NCBI GenBank assembly: GCA_965214935.1
Contig: CBDCCS010000022.1
Span: 384,001-448,000 of the forward strand
Length of the DNA: 64,000 bases
Direction: 5' to 3'
From: Candidatus Velthaea sp.
GTDB taxonomy: Bacteria > Vulcanimicrobiota > Vulcanimicrobiia > Vulcanimicrobiales > Vulcanimicrobiaceae
Shown: positions 39,133 to 48,309 of the stretch, piece after piece
Numbering within the stretch: position 1 is the first letter of the stretch
How the letters are laid out: every line of letters begins with the position of its first letter
Translations under genes and position numbers: made by a program
Notes under the pieces: generated by a model
The model's input: only the letters and a program-made list of their open reading frames with translations
What the model was told of the DNA's origin: nothing
Databases searched by the model: none

Positions 39133-41915
39133 GGACGTACAATGCCCGCGAGCACCGGCTGACCGCGTTCATCGAGCGCGACGAGCGGATCGCGCACGAC
39201 CGCCTGCCGCCAGGCGACAAGTTTTCCGGGTAGCGGCGCGTCGTCGTCCGCCGAGGCGTTGGCGGTTTGCGCGAGCAGGTCGAGTTCATCTTGCGGCGTT
39301 TCGCCCAGCACGGCCAATACGCGCTCGTGCAGTGCTTCGACCATGCTCGCGCGATCGTCCAGCACGACCGAATCGCCGAAACTCGACGTGACGATGCCGA
39401 AGGTAAACGGCGTCGCGGCAGCCGGATGCAGCACCCGCGGTTCGGCGCTAATGCCTTGCAAATAGTGCAGCGCCGACGGCGCATCGAGCAATTCACGGGT
39501 GACGACCCGGATCGTTTCGCGAATTAATGGAAAGTCAGGATCCGCTTCAAACAAACGGTCGAAGATTTTCTGAGAATTCCAATTGAGCGCACCGCGCCGT
39601 ATCGTTTGTCCACCCGCCCGGCGCAACACGAGTAAACCGGTATTGGCGACGTAGCGGAAATGTTGGCGCAGCAGATACGAACTGCGCAAACCGGCCAGCA
39701 AATCAGCGTCGAAGTCGTCGACGCCCAGCAGCGCGGCCCAGCCCGCATCCGGGATCGTCTTGCGCGCCGGCAACGCGATGAGAAAGCCGTTATCATCGTT
39801 GGTGATCTGCGTCGTGCAGCGGTATTTGCGCGAGATACGCGCGCCGACGATGCGCGACAGCGTCTCGTTGACGCGCCGGCCCGCACAGGTGTGAAAGACG
39901 GCGGATTGACGGGCATCCATCCGATAAACTTCGATGACCGGGCGCCGGTCGTCGGGCAAATCCGACAACGCCAACTGCTGCGCGATATAGCGCACCACGT
40001 GCGCTGCTTCGACGCCTTCGAGTGCGTAGCGTTTACGCAGGTAATGCAGCGCCGGTTGCGGGCCGCCGCCGGCGAGCGCGTCGGCGACCCCACGGCGCAG
40101 GACACCGATTTCGCGCGCCAATGCCAACGGCACGCCTTTCATGTGCGACGACCATTGCGGCACGTTCGGCCGGCCCGTGTACGGCTCCACTTGTAGACCG
40201 CCGCCGGACGCTTCTTTGACGCGCAACGTCCGGCCGTCCAACAAAAAGACATCGCCTTCTTTGAGCCGGGCGGCGAACGATTCATCGAGTCGCCCGATCT
40301 TCGAGCCGCCTTTGCCGACAACGCCGACAGTGCGCTCGTCCGGGATGGTTCCGACGTTCTCGAAAAATGCAGCCGAGGGTTCGCGCCCCAAACCATACAT
40401 TGCATCTTCGTCCGCACCGATCCGTCGTACGTGCGCTTCATCCGGCCCGGCACCGCCGCCCGACAGATAATCAACGCAGCTGCGCAAATCCGCTTCGCTT
40501 AAATCGCGATACGGATACGCGCGTCGCGCAATCGTCAAAGCGTCGGCGATCGGTAGCCGCCGGTCGTAGGTAACGCTGCCGACCAGCCATTGGGCGAGCA
40601 CGTCGAGCGGCGCTTCGGGTACCATCAATTCTTCAATTGCGCCGTCGGCGATGCAGCGCCGCGTCGCCGCTGCTTCGACGATGTCGTCGCGATCTTGCGC
40701 GATGACGACGCCGGTCGCGATCGCGCCGGGCCGATGGCCTGCCCGTCCGACCCGTTGCAGCGTCGAGGTCATGCTGCGCGCACCGCCCAGGATCACGACC
40801 CGGTCGATGAAACCGATGTCGACGCCGAGCTCGAGCGAGGTCGAGCACACCACGGTTCGCAGCGTGCCGTCGCGCAATTGCGCCTCGACGCGATGGCGAA
40901 CGTTCTTCTCGAGCGACGAATGATGGACGCCGATGCGCCGGTCGCGGGCGGGTTTCGCCACCGCCGGTTCGAGCACGTCGACTTCATCGGCCGGTTCCCC
41001 GGCGGCTTCCATCTCGTGCGCTACGCGCTCGGCTTGACTGCGCACGTTGGTAAAAACAAGCGTCGTACGCACATCTTGCGTCAGCGCATAGGCCGTTCGG
41101 GAAGCGGTCGCGAGCGGCGCCATCGCGCCGGCGAACGGTGCGACGATATCGAGTTTGATCGAGCGTAGACCGCGGCAATCAACGAGTGCACACTCGCGGC
41201 CGATACCGCCGACATACGCAGCGACGCGCTCGAGCGGAGATACGGTCGCGGATAAACCGACCCGGCGCAGCGGTTGCGGGACGATCGCTTCGAGCGACTC
41301 GAGCAGTAAAGATAGTTGCGAACCGCGTTTGTTGCCGGCCAGCGCATGAACTTCATCGATGATGACGGTTTCGACCGCCGTCAGCGTTTTGCGATACGAT
41401 TCCATCGCCAGCATTAGTGCGAGCGACTCCGGCGTCGTGATGAGAACGTGCGGCGGACGCGTCATCATGAGCCGGCGTTCTTCCACCGGCGTGTCGCCCG
41501 TCCGAACGCCGGTGCGAATGAAGTGTTCGCGAATCCGGCCGCGGCGTTTCTGCGCGCGCTCGCTATTCGGGCGTTCGAGAATGCCCATTTCGCGTAACGG
41601 ACGGCGCAAGTTATGTTCGACGTCGTAACCCAGTGCACGTAAGGGCGAAATGTAGATGCAAAACGGCCGCGGAAACAGTTCGTCCGCGTCGCGTTTCTCC
41701 GCTAGCCGCGACATCACGGGAAGAAACGCAGCAAGCGTTTTGCCCGTGCCGGTCGGCGAGCAAATGAGCATGCTGCGACCGCTGAGCGCAAGCGGAATCG
41801 CTCCGGCTTGCGGCGGCGTCGGCAGTCTAAGTTTTTCGTCACACCACGCCGCGACGGTCGGGTGAAGCGCCTCGAACACGGCATCCACGGGTAGTCGCGC
41901 TTCGTGTGCCCGCAA
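39129..41915 (-). CDS. lhr: Lhr-core-like DExH helicase
   Basis: PTGTGKT, SPLRAL, TTPES, DEVH, SAT, SLELGVD, QRVGRAGH; TTG 41915 is 8 nt after AGGAGG. Confidence 0.9.
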   Translation of the reverse strand: MRAHEARLPVDAVFEALHPTVAAWCDEKLRLPTPPQAGAIPLALSGRSMLICSPTGTGKTLAAFLPVMSRLAEKRDADELFPRPFCIYISPLRALGYDVEHNLRRPLREMGILERPNSERAQKRRGRIREHFIRTGVRTGDTPVEERRLMMTRPPHVLITTPESLALMLAMESYRKTLTAVETVIIDEVHALAGNKRGSQLSLLLESLEAIVPQPLRRVGLSATVSPLERVAAYVGGIGRECALVDCRGLRSIKLDIVAPFAGAMAPLATASRTAYALTQDVRTTLVFTNVRSQAERVAHEMEAAGEPADEVDVLEPAVAKPARDRRIGVHHSSLEKNVRHRVEAQLRDGTLRTVVCSTSLELGVDIGFIDRVVILGGARSMTSTLQRVGRAGHRPGAIATGVVIAQDRDDIVEAAATRRCIADGAIEELMVPEAPLDVLAQWLVGSVTYDRRLPIADALTIARRAYPYRDLSEADLRSCVDYLSGGGAGPDEAHVRRIGADEDAMYGLGREPSAAFFENVGTIPDERTVGVVGKGGSKIGRLDESFAARLKEGDVFLLDGRTLRVKEASGGGLQVEPYTGRPNVPQWSSHMKGVPLALAREIGVLRRGVADALAGGGPQPALHYLRKRYALEGVEAAHVVRYIAQQLALSDLPDDRRPVIEVYRMDARQSAVFHTCAGRRVNETLSRIVGARISRKYRCTTQITNDDNGFLIALPARKTIPDAGWAALLGVDDFDADLLAGLRSSYLLRQHFRYVANTGLLVLRRAGGQTIRRGALNWNSQKIFDRLFEADPDFPLIRETIRVVTRELLDAPSALHYLQGISAEPRVLHPAAATPFTFGIVTSSFGDSVVLDDRASMVEALHERVLAVLGETPQDELDLLAQTANASADDDAPLPGKLVAWRQAVVRDPLVALDERGQPVLAGIVRP

Positions 41916-41934
41916 CCCGGGCACCTCCTATTTG

Positions 41935-41948
41935 CGAACGTACGTTCG
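41935..41948. promoter_or_regulatory. LexA (SOS/Cheo) box
   Basis: CGAACGTACGTTCG, a perfect palindrome just upstream of the lhr RBS. Confidence 0.8.
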
Positions 41949-42058
41949 GACGTCGCGTTGCTCGCCTGCTTACCGATTCCGATAGCCTCGCCGGCACGAA
42001 CGGGGGCCATTGCATTTTTCCATGGAAAAAAAGTTGCGTGTCCGCCACATTAGCTGCC

Positions 42059-43123
42059 ATGCTGCGCAAAAGTACCGAAGTCTACAAAGATCGCTGGGTG
42101 GCGAAAAGCGAGTCCGATTTTGCGACCGAAGCGCGCTCCGAAGTCGTCAGCGAACATTTGGTGTACTGGGATGCGATCGTCCGGGCCGTCGAAAGCACCG
42201 ACTTCGAAGAACTCATGAACTACTCGCGCGAAGCAGGCCGCTTCCAGTGCCGCAGCGGGTTCGATCTGTCCAATGCCATTAAACGAACCGTCAACGCCAC
42301 GAATCTCATCGAAGTGGCGCTGCTCGAGGCGAACGACGGTGACGTTCCGCCGATAACCATTATCAATGAAATCGGCGAACTTCGCACGATGATTGCAATG
42401 GCGGTCGCCGAGGGGTACAAACTCGAAACCGATTCACGCTCCGACATGGCAGCCGCGCTCTCCATGCGCGAACGTTTACGCGCCTCGCTGTTGCGTCAGC
42501 GCAGCCGCTATACGACGTATACGCTGCCGCCCGGCGACGAAATCTTGCCGCTGTATGACGCCGGAATGCGTTTCTACTTCGTCGAGAGCGGCAAATTGCG
42601 GCTCTATAATTTGTTGCCGAACGGCCGCACGATCACGCTCTCGATTTTGGGCGAGAACGACGTGTTCTTACAGTGGCGCGCCGAATCTGCGAGCCTATCG
42701 TGCTTATGCGCCGAAGCCATGCACGCATCGAGCGTGCTGGGTGTAAGCGAAGCGGATCTGGTCGATTTGATCGGCGCACAGCCGGCTGCGGCGATCGACG
42801 TCATCGCCTCGTTCACACGCCGCATCACCGAATCGCAAGTGCTCATCGAAGACCTGCTCAACAACAGCGTCAATGTCCGTCTCTACCGCACGCTGCTCGA
42901 ACTGGCCAAGCAATTCGGCAAAGTCGAAGCTAATGCAACGCTTATCGATATACCGCTGACACATCAGCGGCTAGCCGATATGATCGGCAGCAATCGGGTG
43001 ACGGTGACGCGCAAGCTGCACGAACTCGCCGAACGCGGCGTCATCGAAAGCCGGCGGAATGCCGCGATCGCCGTCAAGCAATTCGACTTACTTGCCTCGC
43101 TGGCGGCATCGGACGATATCTAG
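42059..43123 (+). CDS. Crp/Fnr family regulator with an extra N-terminal helical domain
   Basis: FYFVESGKLRL cNMP fold; LTHQRLADMIGSNRVTVTR HTH; about 130-aa N-terminal extension. Confidence 0.85.
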   Translation: MLRKSTEVYKDRWVAKSESDFATEARSEVVSEHLVYWDAIVRAVESTDFEELMNYSREAGRFQCRSGFDLSNAIKRTVNATNLIEVALLEANDGDVPPITIINEIGELRTMIAMAVAEGYKLETDSRSDMAAALSMRERLRASLLRQRSRYTTYTLPPGDEILPLYDAGMRFYFVESGKLRLYNLLPNGRTITLSILGENDVFLQWRAESASLSCLCAEAMHASSVLGVSEADLVDLIGAQPAAAIDVIASFTRRITESQVLIEDLLNNSVNVRLYRTLLELAKQFGKVEANATLIDIPLTHQRLADMIGSNRVTVTRKLHELAERGVIESRRNAAIAVKQFDLLASLAASDDI

Positions 43124-43130
43124 CGAATCA

Positions 43131-43183
43131 GGTGACCGGGCTCACCGCTCCCGCTTTGTAACGGCCCTAGTATCTGTCCATAC
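43131..43183 (+). promoter_or_regulatory. Putative Crp-family-dependent bchM-acsF promoter
   Basis: GGTGA-N6-TCACC (43131-43146); TAGTAT -10 (43168-43173); GTA-N8-TAC (43170-43183). Confidence 0.55.
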
Positions 43184-43201
43184 CGTCGATAAGGTGAGCC
43201 G

Positions 43202-43963
43202 ATGCAAACAGTCCCACAAGACCTGCGTTCTTCGACCATTCCGCTTCCCGACCGCGCACGAGTACCGTTGTTCGGTGAGCCATCGACCTCGGAGGTCGGC
43301 GGTCACGTCCGCAAATACTTCGAGACATCCGGCTTCTCGCGCTGGACGGCAATTTACGGCTCGGGCGACATCCCGCCGATCTGGAAGGTCATCCGCGACG
43401 GGCACCAGCGGGCGATGGACGCAGTCTTGACGTTTATCGACGGCGATACCGACCATACGGCGCTCGATGCCGGTTGCGGCACGGGCAATCTGTCGATCGA
43501 ACTTGCAAACCGGAGCTACGAAGTCGATGCCTTCGATGTTTCGGCACCGATGATTCACTTTGCAAAATACATCAACACCGGCCGCACGAACGGCATTCCG
43601 CCGAACTTCATGGTCGGCGATATCGGCGCGCTGGCCGGAGAAAAGAAGACATACGACTTGGTCTGTTGCCTCGACGTACTCTTCCACTATCCGTACGATG
43701 AAGTCGCAACGATGCTCACGCAGCTTGCGAATCTCAGCTCGCATAAGGTCGTCGGCTCGTTTGCGCTCCGCACGCCGTTTAACGATTTTTGGATGAAAGT
43801 CGGCCAGCGTTTTCATGCCAAGAACCGCATGACCAAGTTGTTCATGTTCAGCTACGATCAAGTCGAGCAGATCCTCTACCGGGCGGGCTACAAGATGGCA
43901 CGCACCAAGCGGATCAAATTCTTCTTCTACGATTCGTTCGTGTTCGAGGCCGTTCGACGGTAA
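43202..43963 (+). CDS. bchM: Mg-protoporphyrin IX O-methyltransferase
   Basis: VRKYFETSGFSRW, IRDGH, LDAGCGTG, CLDVLFHYP. Confidence 0.88.
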   Translation: MQTVPQDLRSSTIPLPDRARVPLFGEPSTSEVGGHVRKYFETSGFSRWTAIYGSGDIPPIWKVIRDGHQRAMDAVLTFIDGDTDHTALDAGCGTGNLSIELANRSYEVDAFDVSAPMIHFAKYINTGRTNGIPPNFMVGDIGALAGEKKTYDLVCCLDVLFHYPYDEVATMLTQLANLSSHKVVGSFALRTPFNDFWMKVGQRFHAKNRMTKLFMFSYDQVEQILYRAGYKMARTKRIKFFFYDSFVFEAVRR

Positions 43964-45084
43964 TGGTCGTCGCGCGTCCCGTTCAATCGAAGACTGCGCC
44001 GCAGCTACTGAAGCCACGGTTGTACCGCACGGATTTCCGCATCCTCAACACGCTCGACGTCGAATCGTGCCGGGCCGAGTTTCGGACGCTGCGCGATGAT
44101 TTCGAGCGCGACTGGAATCGGACGCTGTTTAAATGGACCGATGAAGTAAACGATCTCGATTACCGGCCGCTGTGGGACGAGTTCTACGAATTTCTCAATC
44201 GCTCGTCGATCGGCGAATTCTCGGGCTGTCTGTTATATAGCGAAGTCCAAAAAAAAATAAGCGATCCGGACGTTGCTGCGATTTACAAGTGCATGGCGCG
44301 CGACGAGGGCCGCCATAGTTCGTTCCTGAGCTGGGTAATGCGGCACATGGGGCGTAAATTCGATCTCGGGCTGCTGCCGAAGATGGAAAAATTGCAGTAC
44401 ATGCATCCCAAGCTCATCTTCATCACGACGTATCTATCGGAGATCGTCGGCTTCTACCGCTATCAAAACATCAGCGATCATCTCAAAGCGAATCCGCAGT
44501 TTGCCTTTCATCCGATCTTCAGCTACTTCGATGACTGGTGTAATGACGAGCGGCGGCATAGTCGCTTTTTCGCCTTAATGCTCCGCAGCCAGCCGCAGTA
44601 TCTGCAGGGCCGGCGCAATCACTTTGCCATCAAATTCTTCTCGCTCGCGGTTTACATCACGATGTACTTGCGCGACTGCGAGTCCAAGATTTATTCGAAG
44701 CTCGGCATCGACTGGGAAAAGTACGACGTCAAAGTCATCAACGAGACCGAAGCGGCGGCGCGCAACGTATGGGGGTTGGCGATTCGCACCGACTCGGCCT
44801 ATTTTCTGGCTTGCCTGCGCAAGATGATGCGCAATAACTTCGCTAACAAAGCCGGCCGCGCGAAGATCGGACCGGCGGCAATTCTCGCCAAGGTCATGCG
44901 CTTCGCGCGTTACGGCGACAACATCGTTCAATATGCCAAACTCGTGCTGCAGCCGCACGATTACGTCGAGCCGCTGTCGCGCAGCGAGTGGACGCATATC
45001 GCGGCCGACCCCGGCGACGTGAGCGGCATTCGGCTAGCAAGCGCTGTGCCGACCTCGCTCCGGCCTCAGCCGCAACCGGTATAG
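43963..45084 (+). CDS. acsF: O2-dependent Mg-protoporphyrin IX monomethyl ester cyclase
   Basis: LLKPRLYRTDF, EFSGCLLY, MARDEGRH, YLSE.VG.YRY, WCNDERRH di-iron motifs; TAATG coupling to bchM. Confidence 0.9.
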   Translation: MVVARPVQSKTAPQLLKPRLYRTDFRILNTLDVESCRAEFRTLRDDFERDWNRTLFKWTDEVNDLDYRPLWDEFYEFLNRSSIGEFSGCLLYSEVQKKISDPDVAAIYKCMARDEGRHSSFLSWVMRHMGRKFDLGLLPKMEKLQYMHPKLIFITTYLSEIVGFYRYQNISDHLKANPQFAFHPIFSYFDDWCNDERRHSRFFALMLRSQPQYLQGRRNHFAIKFFSLAVYITMYLRDCESKIYSKLGIDWEKYDVKVINETEAAARNVWGLAIRTDSAYFLACLRKMMRNNFANKAGRAKIGPAAILAKVMRFARYGDNIVQYAKLVLQPHDYVEPLSRSEWTHIAADPGDVSGIRLASAVPTSLRPQPQPV

Positions 45085-45089
45085 CCCGC

Positions 45090-45443
45090 TCAATTTTCGC
45101 TCATCTGGCCGAGTTCGGACGTGTCGAGTTCGCCGATGGCATACGACAGCGTCAGCACGTGGCCGTTCTTGGCAAACACAAGCGCACCGTCGGTGCTCCA
45201 GTCGACCGAATCGTACAAGTCGAGGTTGAGCGCAAGTTCCCACGCGACTTCGCCTTCTTCGGTCAACGCGACTTGTTCGAGCGACCAGCCCTCGAGCGTC
45301 ATCGGGTTGCCGTTCACGGTACTGCTCGTGAAGCTCATGCGCGTCGGCAAACCGCTGAGCGCTATCTCGGCCGTTACTTCCGTTGCGTGCACCACCATCT
45401 CGGTGAGGCGGTATTGCAGATCCGGCGTAAGTGGGATCGCCAT
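45090..45443 (-). CDS. Hypothetical acidic protein
   Basis: ATG immediately after the flavin oxidoreductase stop codon. Confidence 0.55.
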   Translation of the reverse strand: MAIPLTPDLQYRLTEMVVHATEVTAEIALSGLPTRMSFTSSTVNGNPMTLEGWSLEQVALTEEGEVAWELALNLDLYDSVDWSTDGALVFAKNGHVLTLSYAIGELDTSELGQMSEN

Positions 45444-45445
45444 CG

Positions 45446-46537
45446 CTATCGAATGCCGGCAAGCTGGTTCAACTGCGGCTTCGCGCGCTGATACTGGTCG
45501 GGCCATGGAACGTCGACGCCGAGTACGTGCGCTGCATGCAGCGGCCAGTATGGATCGCGCAGCATCTCGCGGGCAAGGAACACAAGGTCGGCCGAACCGG
45601 CAGCGACGATCGCTTCGGCTTGTTGCGCCTCGGTAATCAAGCCCACCGCACCAGTCGCAATCTTCGCTTCGCGGCGAATCTGCTCGGCAAACGGAACCTG
45701 GTAGCCGGGACCAACCGGAATGCGCGCGCCCGGTACGGAGCCGCCGCTCGATACGTCGATCAAGTCCACGCCGCGCGTCGCGAGCACGCGCGACAGTGCA
45801 ACCGACTCTTCAATCGTCCAGCCGCCGTCACGCCAGTCCGTCGCGGAGATTCGGACGAAGAGCGGATAACGCTCCGGCCAAACCGCACGCACCGCATCGA
45901 CGACCTCGAGCGTGAACCGGATGCGGTTCTCGAGCGAACCGCCGTAGCGGTCGGTACGCCGATTCGAAAGCGGCGACAGAAATTGATGCATGAGATAGCC
46001 GTGCGCGGCATGCAACTCGATACATTCGAAACCCGCGGCGATACTGCGCCGCGCGGCCGCGACGAACGCTGCAACGATCTCGCTAATGGCATCTTCGTCG
46101 AGCGCTGCGGGGACGATGCTCGATTGGGAAAAGGCAATGGCACTCGGCGCGACCGGCCGCCACCCGCCGTCGGCGACGGCGACCGGTCCGTCGCCGATCC
46201 AAGGAGCCGCGGTACTCGCTTTGCGGCCGGCATGCGCGAGTTGAATCGCCATCACCGCTCCGTGCAACTTGCCGAACCGCACGATTCGCGCGAGCGCGTC
46301 GATGTGCGCGTCGTCGTAGATGCCGAGATCCGCGGGTGAGATGCGACCGCCGGCACTAACGGCACACGCCTCGGTCACGATCAAACCGGCGCCGCCGACC
46401 GCGCGGCTGCCGAGATGGACGAGGTGCCAATCGTCGGCAAAACCGTCCGTCGAGGAGTATTCGCACATCGGCGATACGGCAATTCGGTTTTTTAACGTTA
46501 CGTCGCGAAGCGACAACGCGCTATAGAGTTCGGCCAT
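45446..46537 (-). CDS. NADH:flavin oxidoreductase (Old Yellow Enzyme, YqjM-like)
   Basis: SPMCEYS, QLAHAGRK, HAAHGYL, YGGSLENR, LRDPYW. Confidence 0.92.
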   Translation of the reverse strand: MAELYSALSLRDVTLKNRIAVSPMCEYSSTDGFADDWHLVHLGSRAVGGAGLIVTEACAVSAGGRISPADLGIYDDAHIDALARIVRFGKLHGAVMAIQLAHAGRKASTAAPWIGDGPVAVADGGWRPVAPSAIAFSQSSIVPAALDEDAISEIVAAFVAAARRSIAAGFECIELHAAHGYLMHQFLSPLSNRRTDRYGGSLENRIRFTLEVVDAVRAVWPERYPLFVRISATDWRDGGWTIEESVALSRVLATRGVDLIDVSSGGSVPGARIPVGPGYQVPFAEQIRREAKIATGAVGLITEAQQAEAIVAAGSADLVFLAREMLRDPYWPLHAAHVLGVDVPWPDQYQRAKPQLNQLAGIR

Positions 46538-46618
46538 GCTCCGCTAACACGAAACAGCGCGCCGTTCGTTTCGCCGCCGGCCGCCGCACGTTGCCGTTGG
46601 CCTCGCGCCGGCGCGCTG

Positions 46619-47464
46619 CTACGTCGCTTTCGCTAACGCGGCATCGCCTTGCGCGGCTTCGGAGACATCCGCCCACGCTTGCCACGTTTCAATTCGCTCC
46701 TTGTAACGCTGACGCGCGATCGTAAGCGGCATCGAGCCGAGGAACAGTCGCAGCGGCGGATCCTCGGCGTCGACAAGTTTAAGCATGGCGCCGGCGGTAG
46801 CCGCAGGATCGCCTTGGACGTTGCTTTTAAAGCGCTCGAGGGCCGCTGCGTGCATCGCGGCGTAAGCCGGAAGTTCCTTCGCGCGTTTCGCAGAAACGTC
46901 GCGCCAATCCGTTGCATAACCGCCGGGCTCGACGAGCGTAACTTTGATTCCGAACGAAGCGACCTCTTGTGCGAGCGACTCCGTGAAACCCTCGAGACCC
47001 CACTTCGACGCATGATAGAGACCGATATTCGGGAAGGCAACGATGCCTCCGATGCTCGAGATCGATATAATGTGGCCGCTTTGCTGCTCGCGCATGATTG
47101 GAAGCACGGCCTGCGAGACCCAAAGTGCACCGAACAGGTTGGTCTCAATCTGTGCGCGCGCTTCTTCTTCGCTAACTTCTTCGATCGCGCCGAAGCTTCC
47201 GTAGCCGGCGTTGTTCACAACAACGTCGATTCTGCCGAACCGCTCGTGCGCAGTTTTGAACGCAGCAAAGACCGCCGCCCGATCGTCCACATTGAGGCCG
47301 AGAGGGAGAACGGCGTCGCCGTGTGCGGCGGCGAGGTCTTGGAGATCCGCGGCATTGCGGGCGGTGGCGATGACCCGATCGCCGCGTTCGAGTGCGGCAG
47401 TTGCCCAAATGCGGCCGAATCCGCGCGACGAGCCCGTGATGAACCAAACCTTCTGTGACGCCAT
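46619..47464 (-). CDS. SDR family oxidoreductase
   Basis: TGSSRGFG, NNAG, YHASK. Confidence 0.92.
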   Translation of the reverse strand: MASQKVWFITGSSRGFGRIWATAALERGDRVIATARNAADLQDLAAAHGDAVLPLGLNVDDRAAVFAAFKTAHERFGRIDVVVNNAGYGSFGAIEEVSEEEARAQIETNLFGALWVSQAVLPIMREQQSGHIISISSIGGIVAFPNIGLYHASKWGLEGFTESLAQEVASFGIKVTLVEPGGYATDWRDVSAKRAKELPAYAAMHAAALERFKSNVQGDPAATAGAMLKLVDAEDPPLRLFLGSMPLTIARQRYKERIETWQAWADVSEAAQGDAALAKAT

Positions 47465-47539
47465 GTCCTCGGTTTACCCAGAACGCACGTGCGTGCATCG
47501 CGCGCATGGCTCGCGGTCCGGCGCGCGAATAAACGCAGC

Positions 47540-47851
47540 ATGTCAACCTTCGTCGTCATTGCGATCTGCGCGCTCGGCATCGTGTTGAGCGGCAAGAGCG
47601 TGCTTGTTCTCGGGCGGCGCGCACCTTGGACGTCGGCCGGGTGGCTGCTGACGATTCTATATTTTGTCGCGCTCATCGTGCGCTTACGCTTGCGCTATCA
47701 TGCCGGCGAACGCGCTGAGTACCTTACGCTGGCGGCACTGATCGTCGCCTTCGTCGTCGCCGGTTTTCGTGACGAACCACAAGCTGAACCCTGGTGGTGG
47801 CCGACGCACTACGGCAGCACCCGGCGTGCCAAACGGACGCGCACGGGTTAA
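47540..47851 (+). CDS. Small membrane protein
   Basis: Three hydrophobic helices; DEPQAEPWWWP tail. Confidence 0.55.
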   Translation: MSTFVVIAICALGIVLSGKSVLVLGRRAPWTSAGWLLTILYFVALIVRLRLRYHAGERAEYLTLAALIVAFVVAGFRDEPQAEPWWWPTHYGSTRRAKRTRTG

Positions 47852-48309
47852 GCCGTCTTCGCGAAGCTCCGTAAAACGTTCAGTGCCGCATCGACATGTT
47901 TCTGCGGCGCAAACATCGAGTCGTAGATCGAACGGACGACGCCGTCCCCATCGATGATGTAGGTGACGCGTCCCGGAAGTACGCCGAGCGTTTTGGGTAC
48001 GCCGAACGCTTTGCGCACGGTTCCGCCCGGATCGCTTGCCAGCGGAAACGGCAGCGCATGCGCGCCCGCAAACGCCGCATGCGATTCAGCCGAATCGGAA
48101 CTAACACCGATGACCGTTGCGCCGAGCGCCGAAAACGCACCGAACGCGTCGCGGAACGAACATGCTTCGGCCGTACAGCCCGGCGTTGCATCTTTGGGAT
48201 AGAAGAACAGCACGACCGGACCGCCCGCAATCAGATCTGCTAAGCGCAAACGCGAGCCGTCGGCGGCGGCTAAGTCGAACTGCGGCGCGCGATCTCCGAC
48301 GGCAATCAT
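47848..48309 (-). CDS. bcp: Peroxiredoxin (BCP/PrxQ)
   Basis: FYPKDATPGCTAEAC. Confidence 0.88.
   Translation of the reverse strand: MIAVGDRAPQFDLAAADGSRLRLADLIAGGPVVLFFYPKDATPGCTAEACSFRDAFGAFSALGATVIGVSSDSAESHAAFAGAHALPFPLASDPGGTVRKAFGVPKTLGVLPGRVTYIIDGDGVVRSIYDSMFAPQKHVDAALNVLRSFAKTA

Noticed and set aside
43124..43201. PpsR/CrtJ site (TGT-N12-ACA) upstream of bchM
   Set aside because: No match found
46556..46618. 10-bp inverted repeat CAGCGCGCCG/CGGCGCGCTG as a terminator or MITE
   Set aside because: GC-rich, large loop, no U-tract and single copy
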